The notes beneath the pieces were generated by a model that saw only the letters and a list, made by a program, of their open reading frames with translations, was not told the origin of the DNA and did no database searches. 64,000 nucleotides of DNA from a virus (taxonomy: Duplodnaviria > Caudoviricetes). A program made the translations under genes and the position numbers. Numbering within the stretch: position 1 is the stretch's first letter; each line of letters starts with the position of its first letter. Of this stretch, positions 1 to 9,189 are shown piece by piece. The stretch is taken from the IMG/VR virus record IMGVR_UViG_3300031418_000007; one strand, written 5' to 3'.

Positions 1-1641
1 ATTAGCGCCGCCGCTTGGACCTGCGAAGTGATGCACAGACATCTCATCCAGTTCGCCCAGGTTGAACAGCTCGCCGTTGAAGCGCGCAGTACCGTCGACA
101 ACCAGGATGTTTGACGCGTGATAGATCGGCTTGGTAGGGTTCCAACCTTTGCTTTCCACACCAGAGTTGGTTGCAGCAGCTTTGGAGAACGCACCACCAG
201 AGATCGCATCAGCCGCAGTCATGATCGCTTTAACCGCATCCGCTTTCGTGGTTGGGTTATTGAGATCGATCAGCAGTTTGGTCAGTGCAGAGTTCGCGCC
301 GGTAGGCAGGATTGGCACAGTGAAGATCGCCTGCTGCATGATGTGCTGCTGGATCCAACGGTTAACCAGCTCGATATCGATGATGGTTTTGCTGTCCAGC
401 TTGGTGCTGTTCTGACCCACGATACGAGTGATATGGTTATCACCGAACAGTTTGTCCAGACGCGGTTCCAGGTTAACCAGGTTACCACGAACACCACACT
501 TAGAACGACGCAGTACGTCAGCAAAGGCGTACTTGTTGTTCGCACACATCAGAACGTACAGACCCATCAGGAACGGAATGATACCGCCGTTGGAGTTCAT
601 CTGCGGACCAGCCACTGCGTTGTTCAGGGCGATACACGGACGGAACGGACGGTAGCCATCATTCATCGGACCACCCAGACCCATTGGGTTGATGTTGGCA
701 CGACGGATGTTGACCAGGTATTCCTGATGGTTTACCGGCAGCAGTGACACGTTGGCGTGAACACGCGCAACTTCACGCGGTGTTGCATCAGCGTTCGGGT
801 TGTTCTGACCATACTGGTTCGGGTTAGTGGTAACCACAGCGACTTCCATGTTGGAAGGCAGCAGTACACCGTTTTCGCCCAGCACCGGAGAGGTGATCGC
901 AGAGATACGCGCATCAGCGGTACCGTTGGCGCCGTATGGCTGACCAGAGAAGAACGGAGATGGCAGAGACGCACCCGGCGCATTTGCAGTCTGACGAACT
1001 ACTTCAATCAGGATACCAGTTTCCCACTCGCGATCCATGTAACCCTGGATACGATCGACGATACGCTTCTCTTCGTTGCGGATGTCGCCGTACTGCTCCA
1101 GGTTGATCACGCCAGCAGCGATCTGTACCACGTTGGTGGTCTGACCGTGGTTGGATTTGAACTTCTGAATCAGTTCGTGGTTCAGACGTTTGTCGATGTA
1201 GCCAGCCGGAGTTTTCGGCACGTTTACACGATGCTGATTGTTCGCGGTGTACATCATCACTTCTTCAACGTCGACGATCATGTTCTTGGTGTAGAACAGG
1301 AACGGTGCAACGTAGATGGTGTTTTCCTGTTTCAGCCACAGCACCAGGCCCGGCAGAATCGGAGACAGGTTCGGATCGATCACGTCGATTTCCGGAACGA
1401 TCTTAGACTTCAGCGTGTTCAGACGATCTTCTTTGCGCTGCTTGAAGACTTTCTGAAGCTCTTCCTGCACGGTGGTCATCTCTGGGATAACACGGCCGGT
1501 GAAGGTTGAAGAAGTCTGTGACAGCAGACCCAGCAGGCTCGTCAGCCCAGAAGTCTGTGTGTTACGGTTTTCGTTGGTACGGCTGTTGCTGCCGTTATCT
1601 TCCCACGAATTGTTGTTACCGTTGTTGTTATTAACGCCCAT
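1..1641 (-). CDS. chmA: Chimallin, major phage nuclear shell protein (5' 547 codons; runs off the window start)
   Basis: Minus-strand frame from ATG 1641 (GGAG RBS upstream), not in the ORF track. Translates MGVNNNNGNNNSWEDNG...ENGVLLPSNMEVAVVTTN...REVARVHANVSLLP...FLMGLYVLMCANNK...AIFTVPILPTGANSALTKLL...AIMTAADAISGGAFSK...KPIYHASNILVVDG...NLGELDEMSV, colinear with chimallin motifs as recalled; lies near DNA pol and phuZ as in phiKZ-like phages. Confidence 0.85.
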   Translation of the reverse strand, partial: MGVNNNNGNNNSWEDNGSNSRTNENRNTQTSGLTSLLGLLSQTSSTFTGRVIPEMTTVQEELQKVFKQRKEDRLNTLKSKIVPEIDVIDPNLSPILPGLVLWLKQENTIYVAPFLFYTKNMIVDVEEVMMYTANNQHRVNVPKTPAGYIDKRLNHELIQKFKSNHGQTTNVVQIAAGVINLEQYGDIRNEEKRIVDRIQGYMDREWETGILIEVVRQTANAPGASLPSPFFSGQPYGANGTADARISAITSPVLGENGVLLPSNMEVAVVTTNPNQYGQNNPNADATPREVARVHANVSLLPVNHQEYLVNIRRANINPMGLGGPMNDGYRPFRPCIALNNAVAGPQMNSNGGIIPFLMGLYVLMCANNKYAFADVLRRSKCGVRGNLVNLEPRLDKLFGDNHITRIVGQNSTKLDSKTIIDIELVNRWIQQHIMQQAIFTVPILPTGANSALTKLLIDLNNPTTKADAVKAIMTAADAISGGAFSKAAATNSGVESKGWNPTKPIYHASNILVVDGTARFNGELFNLGELDEMSVHHFAGPSGGAN

Positions 1642-1748
1642 TGTACTTCTCCATTATTTACTTGTTTAAAGGTTTCTTGTTACATTCGAATGTAGAAACA
1701 CAATAAGATATCATCGCAATGAAATATCATTAAGGTTTATACAGCTTA

Positions 1749-1757
1749 GTAATGTAG
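1749..1757 (-). promoter_or_regulatory. Early (virion RNAP) promoter variant CTACATTAC
   Basis: One mismatch from the phiKZ early motif TATATTAC; ~110 nt upstream of chmA, with the same AT-rich upstream context (AAATATTTCA) as other copies. Confidence 0.6.
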
Positions 1758-1878
1758 ACTTGAAATATTTTTGGATCATGCAAAATGTTATGTGAATAAC
1801 GAAATATGCGTGGTGACCCCGAGTCCACACGGTTGCCCGCGTGTATGTACATATAATAGGTAATGCTGGTAAAAAATT

Positions 1879-2970
1879 ATGAAAACAATTCTTGTCGATA
1901 CTTCCGTGAGTTTACGACTCCCTGCTATGCGTTACCCCCAAATCAGTAACGTGCTGCGTAACAACAGCTACAACGTTAAACAAATGTGGAAACGCATCGG
2001 TGAAAAGAATCTCACCCTCTTTAACCAAAATGTCCTGGTGGGTTTGTTACAGACGCTTTCCATTGACCCAGACTGGACGCTCGAATACGTAGCCGCTTAT
2101 GCCAAACTGCGTAGCCGCTCCTTGTGTTCTGCCTTCGAGATTATCTCTCCACACAATCGCCAAGGCATTCATAAAGATACGCTTTTTTACGGCGGGTGTA
2201 CAGAATGCTTCTGTCTGTTAGAAAATAATCGTGACATCACTGAAGTCGATGCCATGAGTTTGCGGGAACTGGTGCCAATCTATTCCACGATTAATACCTG
2301 GAGCTACAACCCCAGCGCTGAAAGGGAACGTAAGTCCCAGTTTGACTACAGCAAAGACTTTGCCATGATTGGTGTTAACATCGTGGAGCTGGCAGTGGGT
2401 TGGTGGTTATATATGAAAGACCCTGCCAATGACGGTCACGGTATTCATCATTACCTGGCCACTATCGTTACGCCGAAGTTTGGTATCCTGCATAATGAGT
2501 TAGCCTACTTCAATTCCCTGTACCAACACATTGTTAACCGTGTGGGTTACAGCGAGTTGTTAGAAGGTGAAGGTCTTGACTTTAATATTGTCAAGATTCG
2601 TAACGATCTGCTGGATATGTTGACGTTCCAGGTCAAAAGCATGAAGTCCAGTTCATGGGACACTTCGCTGCTGCTGATGAGCTATCTGTCTACAGAGCTG
2701 ACCCCCAACCTCAAAGGTTTGTTTGACGCTAACAGCTACGCTTTGGAATACAACCCTAATGTCATCTGGGGCTTTGAACTCAACGCGGTGAAGTTCTATC
2801 AAATCTACCTGACGCTGTGTAATGAACTGAGCTATACACCGAGTTCTATTGCCGGTACGCTGAAACAGCACGCCCCGCTTGTGGCGAGTCGTTGGAAGTT
2901 AATAGAGGACCCTGCTTTTAAGGCGCATGCATTAGAACAGCTGAATAAACTTAACCTGATGAACGCATAG
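1879..2970 (+). CDS. Hypothetical protein between chmA and DNA polymerase (363 aa)
   Basis: Long ORF with normal codon use, ending at a bidirectional terminator; no catalytic motif recognised. Confidence 0.8.
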   Translation: MKTILVDTSVSLRLPAMRYPQISNVLRNNSYNVKQMWKRIGEKNLTLFNQNVLVGLLQTLSIDPDWTLEYVAAYAKLRSRSLCSAFEIISPHNRQGIHKDTLFYGGCTECFCLLENNRDITEVDAMSLRELVPIYSTINTWSYNPSAERERKSQFDYSKDFAMIGVNIVELAVGWWLYMKDPANDGHGIHHYLATIVTPKFGILHNELAYFNSLYQHIVNRVGYSELLEGEGLDFNIVKIRNDLLDMLTFQVKSMKSSSWDTSLLLMSYLSTELTPNLKGLFDANSYALEYNPNVIWGFELNAVKFYQIYLTLCNELSYTPSSIAGTLKQHAPLVASRWKLIEDPAFKAHALEQLNKLNLMNA

Positions 2971-2974
2971 ATAA

Positions 2975-2999
2975 TAGCTACTGGCATTGCCAGTAGCTA
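2975..2999. terminator. Bidirectional intrinsic terminator
   Basis: TAGCTACTGGC-ATT-GCCAGTAGCTA between convergent genes. Confidence 0.7.
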
Positions 3000-3019
3000 C
3001 ACATAGTATTATGTTTGTT

Positions 3020-5101
3020 TTAGTGTTCGTCTGACACCAGACGCGTGATGTTTTTGTTGGAGATATAAAGACCAGCTGACTCCAATACCGCATACACAGA
3101 TTTCAAGTTCTGCTTCACGATACGACGAGTATCTGTACCCTTAATGATCTCCTGAGGAATGGTGTGGATGGTCAACAGATTATCAACCGGTACATAGAAA
3201 GTTGTTAACTTGTCTTGACCACGTGCTTCTAAATACGCTTTCAACCGATGTTTGATTTCACAATCGCCCAACAGATCCAGGTATTCATTCAAACGTGACT
3301 TCGTGGTTAAATCGGTATTAACCTTGACACCCACATACGGAATCGGTGGTGCTGCTCCGTACTTGTCTGCAAACACGGCTTCCCACAATTCATGATACTG
3401 ATACACAGAAGCTTCAGGATCACTATACACTTCCTTGTCTTTGATGGTTGCCTTGCTCAACCAAACCCAATCCCCGCCGTTGATGCCGTCGATAACCATA
3501 CGCTCCAGTTCTGCTACGTTGTGCAGCAGGATGGTTGCATCCATCTTCTGTTTGTTATAAATCACATCCAGGATGTCACGCATGAGTTTGTGAGCGAAGT
3601 CTTTAATAACCTTGGCCACTTTAGACGAACGAAGATGAACACCCTTGATCTCCATTTTGATCTTGGAGTGCATTACGCCTTCTTGCATCAGCTGTGTCGC
3701 GTAATAGTGCTTGGACATCAGCGTGGTAACGTATGAACCGAACAGGTATTCGTTCTTCATGTTCAGGTTATACAAGTTACAGTCAGAAACGTTCATGTTC
3801 TTGCTGAGCTGTGCGTGCTGATGAATCGCCATCAAGCGAATGAAGTACGTCAACACACCGTTCAACATGATCATGACTTCTGGCGTTCCGCCGTACATAT
3901 TACAAACATCGTCAGCACTATAAATAGAGGAGTCGGTGTCTGAGGTCAGTACTGCTTCACGCACCATTTCAGTCACGGAGTAAACATCACTCACCGCTGT
4001 CTTGGTTTTAAAGAACACTTCAATAAAGTCAAACCATTTCTTCTCGAGTTCGAGGTGGTAGTGGTTTAACGCATTGATTTCAAGTTTGGATTTCTCCTGA
4101 CCAATCTTGGTAATGCACAGCGTGTAGTAGTCACCATCAGACGGCGGAGTAAAGTCGTCTTTGGTTTTCCCTTCTGGAATCTCTGGCACTTTCATCCAGT
4201 CATCCAGGTATTCGCGAATCACGCTGTAGTTAGTGGCAAACAACCCTTGCAGGTCACCAATACACAAGATCGCCGTACGCTCTTCGGGATTCAACATCTC
4301 CACGAAGTCACGCAGCTTGTCGTAGTTCTCTTTGTTGTTCCAATAATACTTGGTGCAACGGTAGATCATTTCCATGACTTGATCTACAGTGGCGTGAACC
4401 ATCTTCAACCGCTCCATTGTTGCAAGCAGTTTTGGGAAGTCCGTTGACCGCAGCACTGCCACCATATGCTGTAGCGTTTTCTTATAGTTAATGAAGAGAC
4501 GGTTACCGTTGAGCAAACGTTCATTCATTAAGTTAACGGTTGAGGTTACCGTACGGCAAGTAGAGGTCAAAGAAGTGTGACCTGACTTGTTACGAATAGG
4601 TGTACCGTTTGAAGACATCGCACCCGATTGGGCGTTGTTAAAGATCTTGAGGGCGTTCTGGATTTCGTTATACGTTTTGTACGCATAATCGTCTTTCTCC
4701 AGACTCGCCTTGCTACGCAGCTTTTTATACTTGCCACGATCTGCAATATACTTTTCCGTTCCCAGCGCATTGACCGACGGACATTCGTCGTAGTTGGTGT
4801 AGCCCACAAAAGAAGGACTTAAGTGCAGGTTCTTTTCTTCCACTGTTGCGAAGAATTCCCGCGCACCTTTTACCTTGACTTCACGATCGCCGTACTTGTT
4901 CTTCTCTAATACTTTAAATTTAACTTCATTAAAGCCGTTCTGATTAACCTTGAAGACATGCTTAACCCATTTCAACATCTTGGCCGATGAGGTCTTATAA
5001 TGATGTGAAAGGTAATAGGCTATCTGTTCATGGTAGAACTTAAGAAAATCTCGGTCTGCGGTATAGTTGGCATTTTTAAATGGATTAATAGTCGTTTCCA
5101 C
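3020..5101 (-). CDS. Family B DNA polymerase subunit (phiKZ gp50-like, split polymerase)
   Basis: Motif B-like KIFNNAQSG, motif C SDTDSS and downstream KMEIKGVHLRSS; GTG start with GAGG RBS. Confidence 0.85.
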   Translation of the reverse strand: METTINPFKNANYTADRDFLKFYHEQIAYYLSHHYKTSSAKMLKWVKHVFKVNQNGFNEVKFKVLEKNKYGDREVKVKGAREFFATVEEKNLHLSPSFVGYTNYDECPSVNALGTEKYIADRGKYKKLRSKASLEKDDYAYKTYNEIQNALKIFNNAQSGAMSSNGTPIRNKSGHTSLTSTCRTVTSTVNLMNERLLNGNRLFINYKKTLQHMVAVLRSTDFPKLLATMERLKMVHATVDQVMEMIYRCTKYYWNNKENYDKLRDFVEMLNPEERTAILCIGDLQGLFATNYSVIREYLDDWMKVPEIPEGKTKDDFTPPSDGDYYTLCITKIGQEKSKLEINALNHYHLELEKKWFDFIEVFFKTKTAVSDVYSVTEMVREAVLTSDTDSSIYSADDVCNMYGGTPEVMIMLNGVLTYFIRLMAIHQHAQLSKNMNVSDCNLYNLNMKNEYLFGSYVTTLMSKHYYATQLMQEGVMHSKIKMEIKGVHLRSSKVAKVIKDFAHKLMRDILDVIYNKQKMDATILLHNVAELERMVIDGINGGDWVWLSKATIKDKEVYSDPEASVYQYHELWEAVFADKYGAAPPIPYVGVKVNTDLTTKSRLNEYLDLLGDCEIKHRLKAYLEARGQDKLTTFYVPVDNLLTIHTIPQEIIKGTDTRRIVKQNLKSVYAVLESAGLYISNKNITRLVSDEH

Positions 5102-5130
5102 AAATACCTCAGAGAAAAAAATAAAGTTAA

Positions 5131-5160
5131 ACTGCTATTCCCTATGATGGGAATAGCAGT
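5131..5160 (-). terminator. Intrinsic terminator
   Basis: ACTGCTATTCCC-TATGAT-GGGAATAGCAGT followed by a T-rich tract on the minus strand. Confidence 0.7.
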
Positions 5161-5170
5161 AATATATTAC
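5159..5170 (-). promoter_or_regulatory. Early promoter motif TATATTAC inside the palindrome GTAATATATTAC
   Basis: Exact motif ~60 nt upstream of the DNA pol start. Confidence 0.6.
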
Positions 5171-5172
5171 CT

Positions 5173-5589
5173 TTATTTCACGTCAGTGTTGTCAAGCGAT
5201 GTGAATTTCGCACCTAAGTTACGATACGTATTTTCAATCACTGAACGCCACTCTTCTTTGAAGTTGTGAATGACGTAAGTTACTTCACGTGTGGTAACAG
5301 GTGAGTAGGTACTGTCCATTACCCAAGGCACACCAATGACTTCCATCGTTCCGTTGGCGTTTTCCACCGCAAAGTATTTGTACTTCGCCGGGTCATCCAC
5401 GTTGTCGACTTTATCACGGAAGTAAGTAAACATGTTCTTGTGTTTACTATTTAAGTTGGGATCCAGCTTCACGGCCGCACTGTAGCTCATGGGAGGTGCA
5501 ACCACAGTAACACCTGTGCGCTTGCCTCCCAGAACAGTATCGGTCATTAAACTGAAGTCAACGATGTCACCTTCGTTTACGGTGATCAT
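5173..5589 (-). CDS. Hypothetical protein, possible SH3-like beta-barrel (138 aa)
   Basis: GGAG RBS; beta-rich N-terminus (VNEGDIVDF...GVTVV); directly upstream of DNA pol. Confidence 0.7.
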   Translation of the reverse strand: MITVNEGDIVDFSLMTDTVLGGKRTGVTVVAPPMSYSAAVKLDPNLNSKHKNMFTYFRDKVDNVDDPAKYKYFAVENANGTMEVIGVPWVMDSTYSPVTTREVTYVIHNFKEEWRSVIENTYRNLGAKFTSLDNTDVK

Positions 5590-5597
5590 TGATGCTC

Positions 5598-5933
5598 CTA
5601 TTTAATAATGAGGGTGATGGTATAACGAATGTAGGGGAAATTGATGATGTCTTCACCTACCTTCAGTGGATAGGAAAGATGCAAAGATAACGTAGGCTCT
5701 ACCAGTGCCGCACCACTTTCTGCCAGGTGTCTAACCGGCATGAGAATCGCCTCATACAGAGGGGATGATTCACCGTGGTGAGTTGCACGCTCAATGGCTG
5801 CATCGAGCTTCTGGTAAAACCAATCTTCCTTAACGGACTGAATGGGCATGTCCACTAAAATGTCGTCATCTTTAAGCAACTCCCACAGCTTCAGGTAACA
5901 AAGCCCGGTGTCGTTAAGGAGAGTATATTGCAT
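5598..5933 (-). CDS. Hypothetical protein (111 aa)
   Basis: Tightly packed in the minus-strand small-gene array. Confidence 0.7.
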   Translation of the reverse strand: MQYTLLNDTGLCYLKLWELLKDDDILVDMPIQSVKEDWFYQKLDAAIERATHHGESSPLYEAILMPVRHLAESGAALVEPTLSLHLSYPLKVGEDIINFPYIRYTITLIIK

Positions 5934-5936
5934 GGT

Positions 5937-6236
5937 TTATTTTCCGAGGATAAAACTGATTCGCACAGAATTGCCAGTTACCTTCATATCCGCGACTTCA
6001 ACATCACCGTACTCGTTCTTAAACTTCCAGAGCAGGTCATTCACCTTTTGGAAATCAAGCAACAGACGATCCTGCGCTTCCTTCACGCCATTGGTGAGTT
6101 TGTTATACGGACTGGTGCAGTTAGGCAGAGAATGCTTTACACCGTGCGCGTTAAACAGCGACAGGTAATGAAACACCATGTCTTCGAGATTGGTATTAAC
6201 AGGGAAAGCGATGGAGGTGTCTTTACGAACGGCCAT
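5937..6236 (-). CDS. Hypothetical protein (99 aa)
   Basis: GGAG RBS, operon packing. Confidence 0.7.
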   Translation of the reverse strand: MAVRKDTSIAFPVNTNLEDMVFHYLSLFNAHGVKHSLPNCTSPYNKLTNGVKEAQDRLLLDFQKVNDLLWKFKNEYGDVEVADMKVTGNSVRISFILGK

Positions 6237-6540
6237 ACAACGTTGCTCCTAAATTGTTCACCGAATATGAGTTGATCGTGAAGTCACGTTTAATGTTGTT
6301 GATCTGCAATGCCAGTTTGTCCAGACGCGGATTCAACTCCATCAACAGCTTACGACGCACCCATTCAGTTTCGACCAGAGGAGCAAAGAATGCATCGTAA
6401 TCAACACTACGACTGTGCACCATTGCCCCGATCAGTTTGTTAGCTACTTCCTCCCCAATCTCTTCATCCAGCAGCATATTAAGATCGCGCACCAGATTAA
6501 GAACCGGGATTGATTTCTGTTTCATCATTTCAGTGTCCAA
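6223..6540 (-). CDS. Hypothetical protein (105 aa)
   Basis: Short overlaps with both neighbours. Confidence 0.7.
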   Translation of the reverse strand: MDTEMMKQKSIPVLNLVRDLNMLLDEEIGEEVANKLIGAMVHSRSVDYDAFFAPLVETEWVRRKLLMELNPRLDKLALQINNIKRDFTINSYSVNNLGATLYGRS

Positions 6541-6835
6541 CGAAGATCACCCCGAGATGGTTCACATTGTAGTCAAAGAATTCTCCGCGGTTGGTTTCAA
6601 CAGCCAACTCAATCCGCTTGAAATCTCGTTCGTGTCCTTCCAGGATAATATCAGCAAAGTCAACACCAGCGATGCCTGCCAGTTTTTCGTGGTAGTTCGG
6701 TGTGGTTTTTCCCATGGCGCAATCCACAGCATAACCCACCATCCACTCACCCCAATCAGGTACGTCGTTTTTATCGTCGACGAATTGATTGATGGCACTG
6801 ATAAGTTCACCTACATACAAGTTTTTAGTCAGCAT
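6530..6835 (-). CDS. Hypothetical protein (101 aa)
   Basis: TAATG coupling to the upstream gene. Confidence 0.7.
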   Translation of the reverse strand: MLTKNLYVGELISAINQFVDDKNDVPDWGEWMVGYAVDCAMGKTTPNYHEKLAGIAGVDFADIILEGHERDFKRIELAVETNRGEFFDYNVNHLGVIFVGH

Positions 6836-7281
6836 TAAGATTTCTCTACGTAATCAATTAACCACTGGTTATGCGTAATGAATTGAATTCGCACACCGTA
6901 CGTTAAACGCGGAACACCCAACAACGCACACAAACGCATACTTAATTCACAACACAGTTCATCAATAATTTCATTTTGATCTTCATAGTCGTAAGCAGCA
7001 CGGAAAGCATGAGTGAGGTAACGCTCCTGCGCGTAGATCCTTCCTTTATAGTAAGCCAGCTCATTTGCCAGTCGCTGATAAAGAGCAGGCATGAAAGAAG
7101 CCGAGGTGGTTTCTCCCAGACGCATTGGAATGTGTTTGTTTAATTCTTTTTCGACAAAGCCATCAAACGTGCGCAGATCAAGCGTTTTTTGCAGCCTTTT
7201 TAGTTTCTTTGTTGAACCAATCATTGAGTTCATCCACACTAGGGTTATCGACAATGTCCTTGTCGGTGAAGGCACTCTCAT
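6835..7281 (-). CDS. Hypothetical protein (true start probably an internal Met)
   Basis: Fills the operon; the track start overlaps the upstream gene by ~100 nt. Confidence 0.6.
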   Translation of the reverse strand: MRVPSPTRTLSITLVWMNSMIGSTKKLKRLQKTLDLRTFDGFVEKELNKHIPMRLGETTSASFMPALYQRLANELAYYKGRIYAQERYLTHAFRAAYDYEDQNEIIDELCCELSMRLCALLGVPRLTYGVRIQFITHNQWLIDYVEKS

Positions 7282-7696
7282 AAACTTCTACTTGTTCGTG
7301 CTCCTTCATTGCCTCGTGTGTGGCTTCCAGGTCCATGCTGTAGAACAAAGTTTGATAAGCTTGACCAATTCTGCGTTCAGTGACTTTAATCTTGACGCGA
7401 GGATCCCAACCATTACTAACCGCTTTCTCCCGAAGCTTGGAAATTTCGATCTCGACGTATTCGACTAAGTTACCGGCGAACCCCACTTCAGACATGACTG
7501 TAGATAGCCCGTCTAAGTGGAAACTATTCTCACTGTTAAATACTTCTTCGACAAATGCAAACGCACGTTCGACAAATGATTTTACAAACGTTTCGCTGAG
7601 TTCGTCGTCTCCTTTATCCTCATTAGCTTTTGAGTTAATGTGAACAAACATTCTTTTATAATAAAGAAGGTCAATAACGTGAATGGGATGTAGCAT
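7178..7696 (-). CDS. Hypothetical acidic protein (172 aa)
   Basis: GAGG RBS; E/D-rich composition. Confidence 0.7.
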   Translation of the reverse strand: MLHPIHVIDLLYYKRMFVHINSKANEDKGDDELSETFVKSFVERAFAFVEEVFNSENSFHLDGLSTVMSEVGFAGNLVEYVEIEISKLREKAVSNGWDPRVKIKVTERRIGQAYQTLFYSMDLEATHEAMKEHEQVEVYESAFTDKDIVDNPSVDELNDWFNKETKKAAKNA

Positions 7697-7711
7697 GTGC
7701 AGTGAAACCTC

Positions 7712-8005
7712 TTAAAATAAAAACGAGACCTTAAAGGTATTACCCAAAGGTGTTATGCGGACCAGCGCATCCGAAGGGACGCCTAGAGCTTTATCGGCAA
7801 GAACTTCCGCGAGGTTGTTTAGCGCCATCTCTTCGTTTGGCGTCAGTGTCCCCATAGAAACATTGCTTTCAATCGTAAAACCTAAATCTTCTAAACCCCG
7901 ACACAAAAGAAAACGACGTCTGTCACGTTCTAAGGGTTTATCTGATTGACTCATAGGATCACCTGGACCCAACCGAGATAATTCAACAAGGAACGATCTA
8001 GACAC
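7712..8005 (-). CDS. Hypothetical protein (97 aa)
   Basis: GAGG RBS, GTG start; first gene after the phuZ terminator. Confidence 0.7.
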   Translation of the reverse strand: MSRSFLVELSRLGPGDPMSQSDKPLERDRRRFLLCRGLEDLGFTIESNVSMGTLTPNEEMALNNLAEVLADKALGVPSDALVRITPLGNTFKVSFLF

Positions 8006-8035
8006 GTTAATGACCTCATTTGAATGAAAAAAATA

Positions 8036-8063
8036 ATACTACTAGGGCTTCCCCTAGTAGTAT
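8036..8063 (-). terminator. Intrinsic terminator after phuZ
   Basis: ATACTACTAGGG-CTTC-CCCTAGTAGTAT plus a T-run on the minus strand. Confidence 0.75.
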
Positions 8064-8085
8064 ATTCGTTTTAGTGTTTTTTTAC

Positions 8086-9066
8086 TTAGAAGTCAAAACC
8101 GTCTTCGCTGGCATTAGAAGAGAGATCTTCCTGCTTAACGAAAGTTGATTTGGCTTTCTGTTGAGCGCTTTCCAGCTCATCCAGTTCGCCCTTCAACTTC
8201 TGTACTGCTTCGCCGTGATCCAGCATCATTACAATGATGTTAGCATTAGGTGGATTGTTATCAGGATTGATAACGCCGGTTGCGCGATAAGCTGCATCTT
8301 TAAACAGTGGGCGCGCATTGTCGCGATGATCAAAGATAGAGCAGAAGGATACCGGCGGGTTACCGTTGTAGCTGGTTGCAGCATCATCAGTCAGGAAGTT
8401 GATCTCAGACAGCGCCGGCGGCAGGCCAGTGACTTTAGCGTATTGCAGGCTGTTGGCGATATCTTCAAAGTCCAGCTCTTCGTTCGACTCAGTCAGGAAC
8501 AGACTGGCGTAGTTGATGTTGAGGATCGCTTCGTCGTTGATTTCACGACGAGTACGCTCATCATTGACGATGCTGATGTGCGGGATGACTTTACCCAGGA
8601 AACGCTCTTGTACCTGGTTAGAGATCGACAGCATGATTTTCGCAGAGTTGCGACGCTCAACCAGAGAGGTGTTGTCTTTAACAAACACACCCACGGTTGG
8701 AATGTTGCGACTCAGCAGATAACGCATAACTGCAAAACCTTGACCCGAACCTGTACCGCCAGCGACCGACATGATCACAATACAGAACTTACCTGGCTTG
8801 TGAACTTTAAAAGACTCAGCGATAAACGGCGCGTGGTTCTCAAAGTTCAGCGTAACATCTTTACCAGAGCCCTGTGCTTTTTGACCCGGGTTCTTTGCCG
8901 AGTTCATGTGCAGCACTTCAAACTTTCCATCAGAACTGTTGCTTGCAGAACTGTCAAAGCCGAGGTACTTCGCTTCTTTCAGTACACGGGTGCCTGGGGC
9001 ATCAATGACATCTTTCATGATGTTGATACCAGTACCACCACAACCAATGACCATAAGTTCAGACAT
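8086..9066 (-). CDS. phuZ: Phage tubulin PhuZ
   Basis: GCGGTGINI, tubulin signature GGTGSG, 326 aa, acidic-aromatic C-terminal tail EDGFDF. Confidence 0.95.
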   Translation of the reverse strand: MSELMVIGCGGTGINIMKDVIDAPGTRVLKEAKYLGFDSSASNSSDGKFEVLHMNSAKNPGQKAQGSGKDVTLNFENHAPFIAESFKVHKPGKFCIVIMSVAGGTGSGQGFAVMRYLLSRNIPTVGVFVKDNTSLVERRNSAKIMLSISNQVQERFLGKVIPHISIVNDERTRREINDEAILNINYASLFLTESNEELDFEDIANSLQYAKVTGLPPALSEINFLTDDAATSYNGNPPVSFCSIFDHRDNARPLFKDAAYRATGVINPDNNPPNANIIVMMLDHGEAVQKLKGELDELESAQQKAKSTFVKQEDLSSNASEDGFDF

Positions 9067-9125
9067 GACACTACTCCGTTGTTAATAAAACTTTAAGTTA
9101 CGATTATTGTACTACATTCACACAG

Positions 9126-9134
9126 GTAATATAG
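9126..9134 (-). promoter_or_regulatory. Early promoter CTATATTAC for phuZ
   Basis: Exact motif 60 nt upstream of the phuZ start. Confidence 0.75.
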
Positions 9135-9189
9135 AACTGAAAAAATAACGGTGATTTAAAGATTATTTAAAAAGACAAAAAAATAAGGA

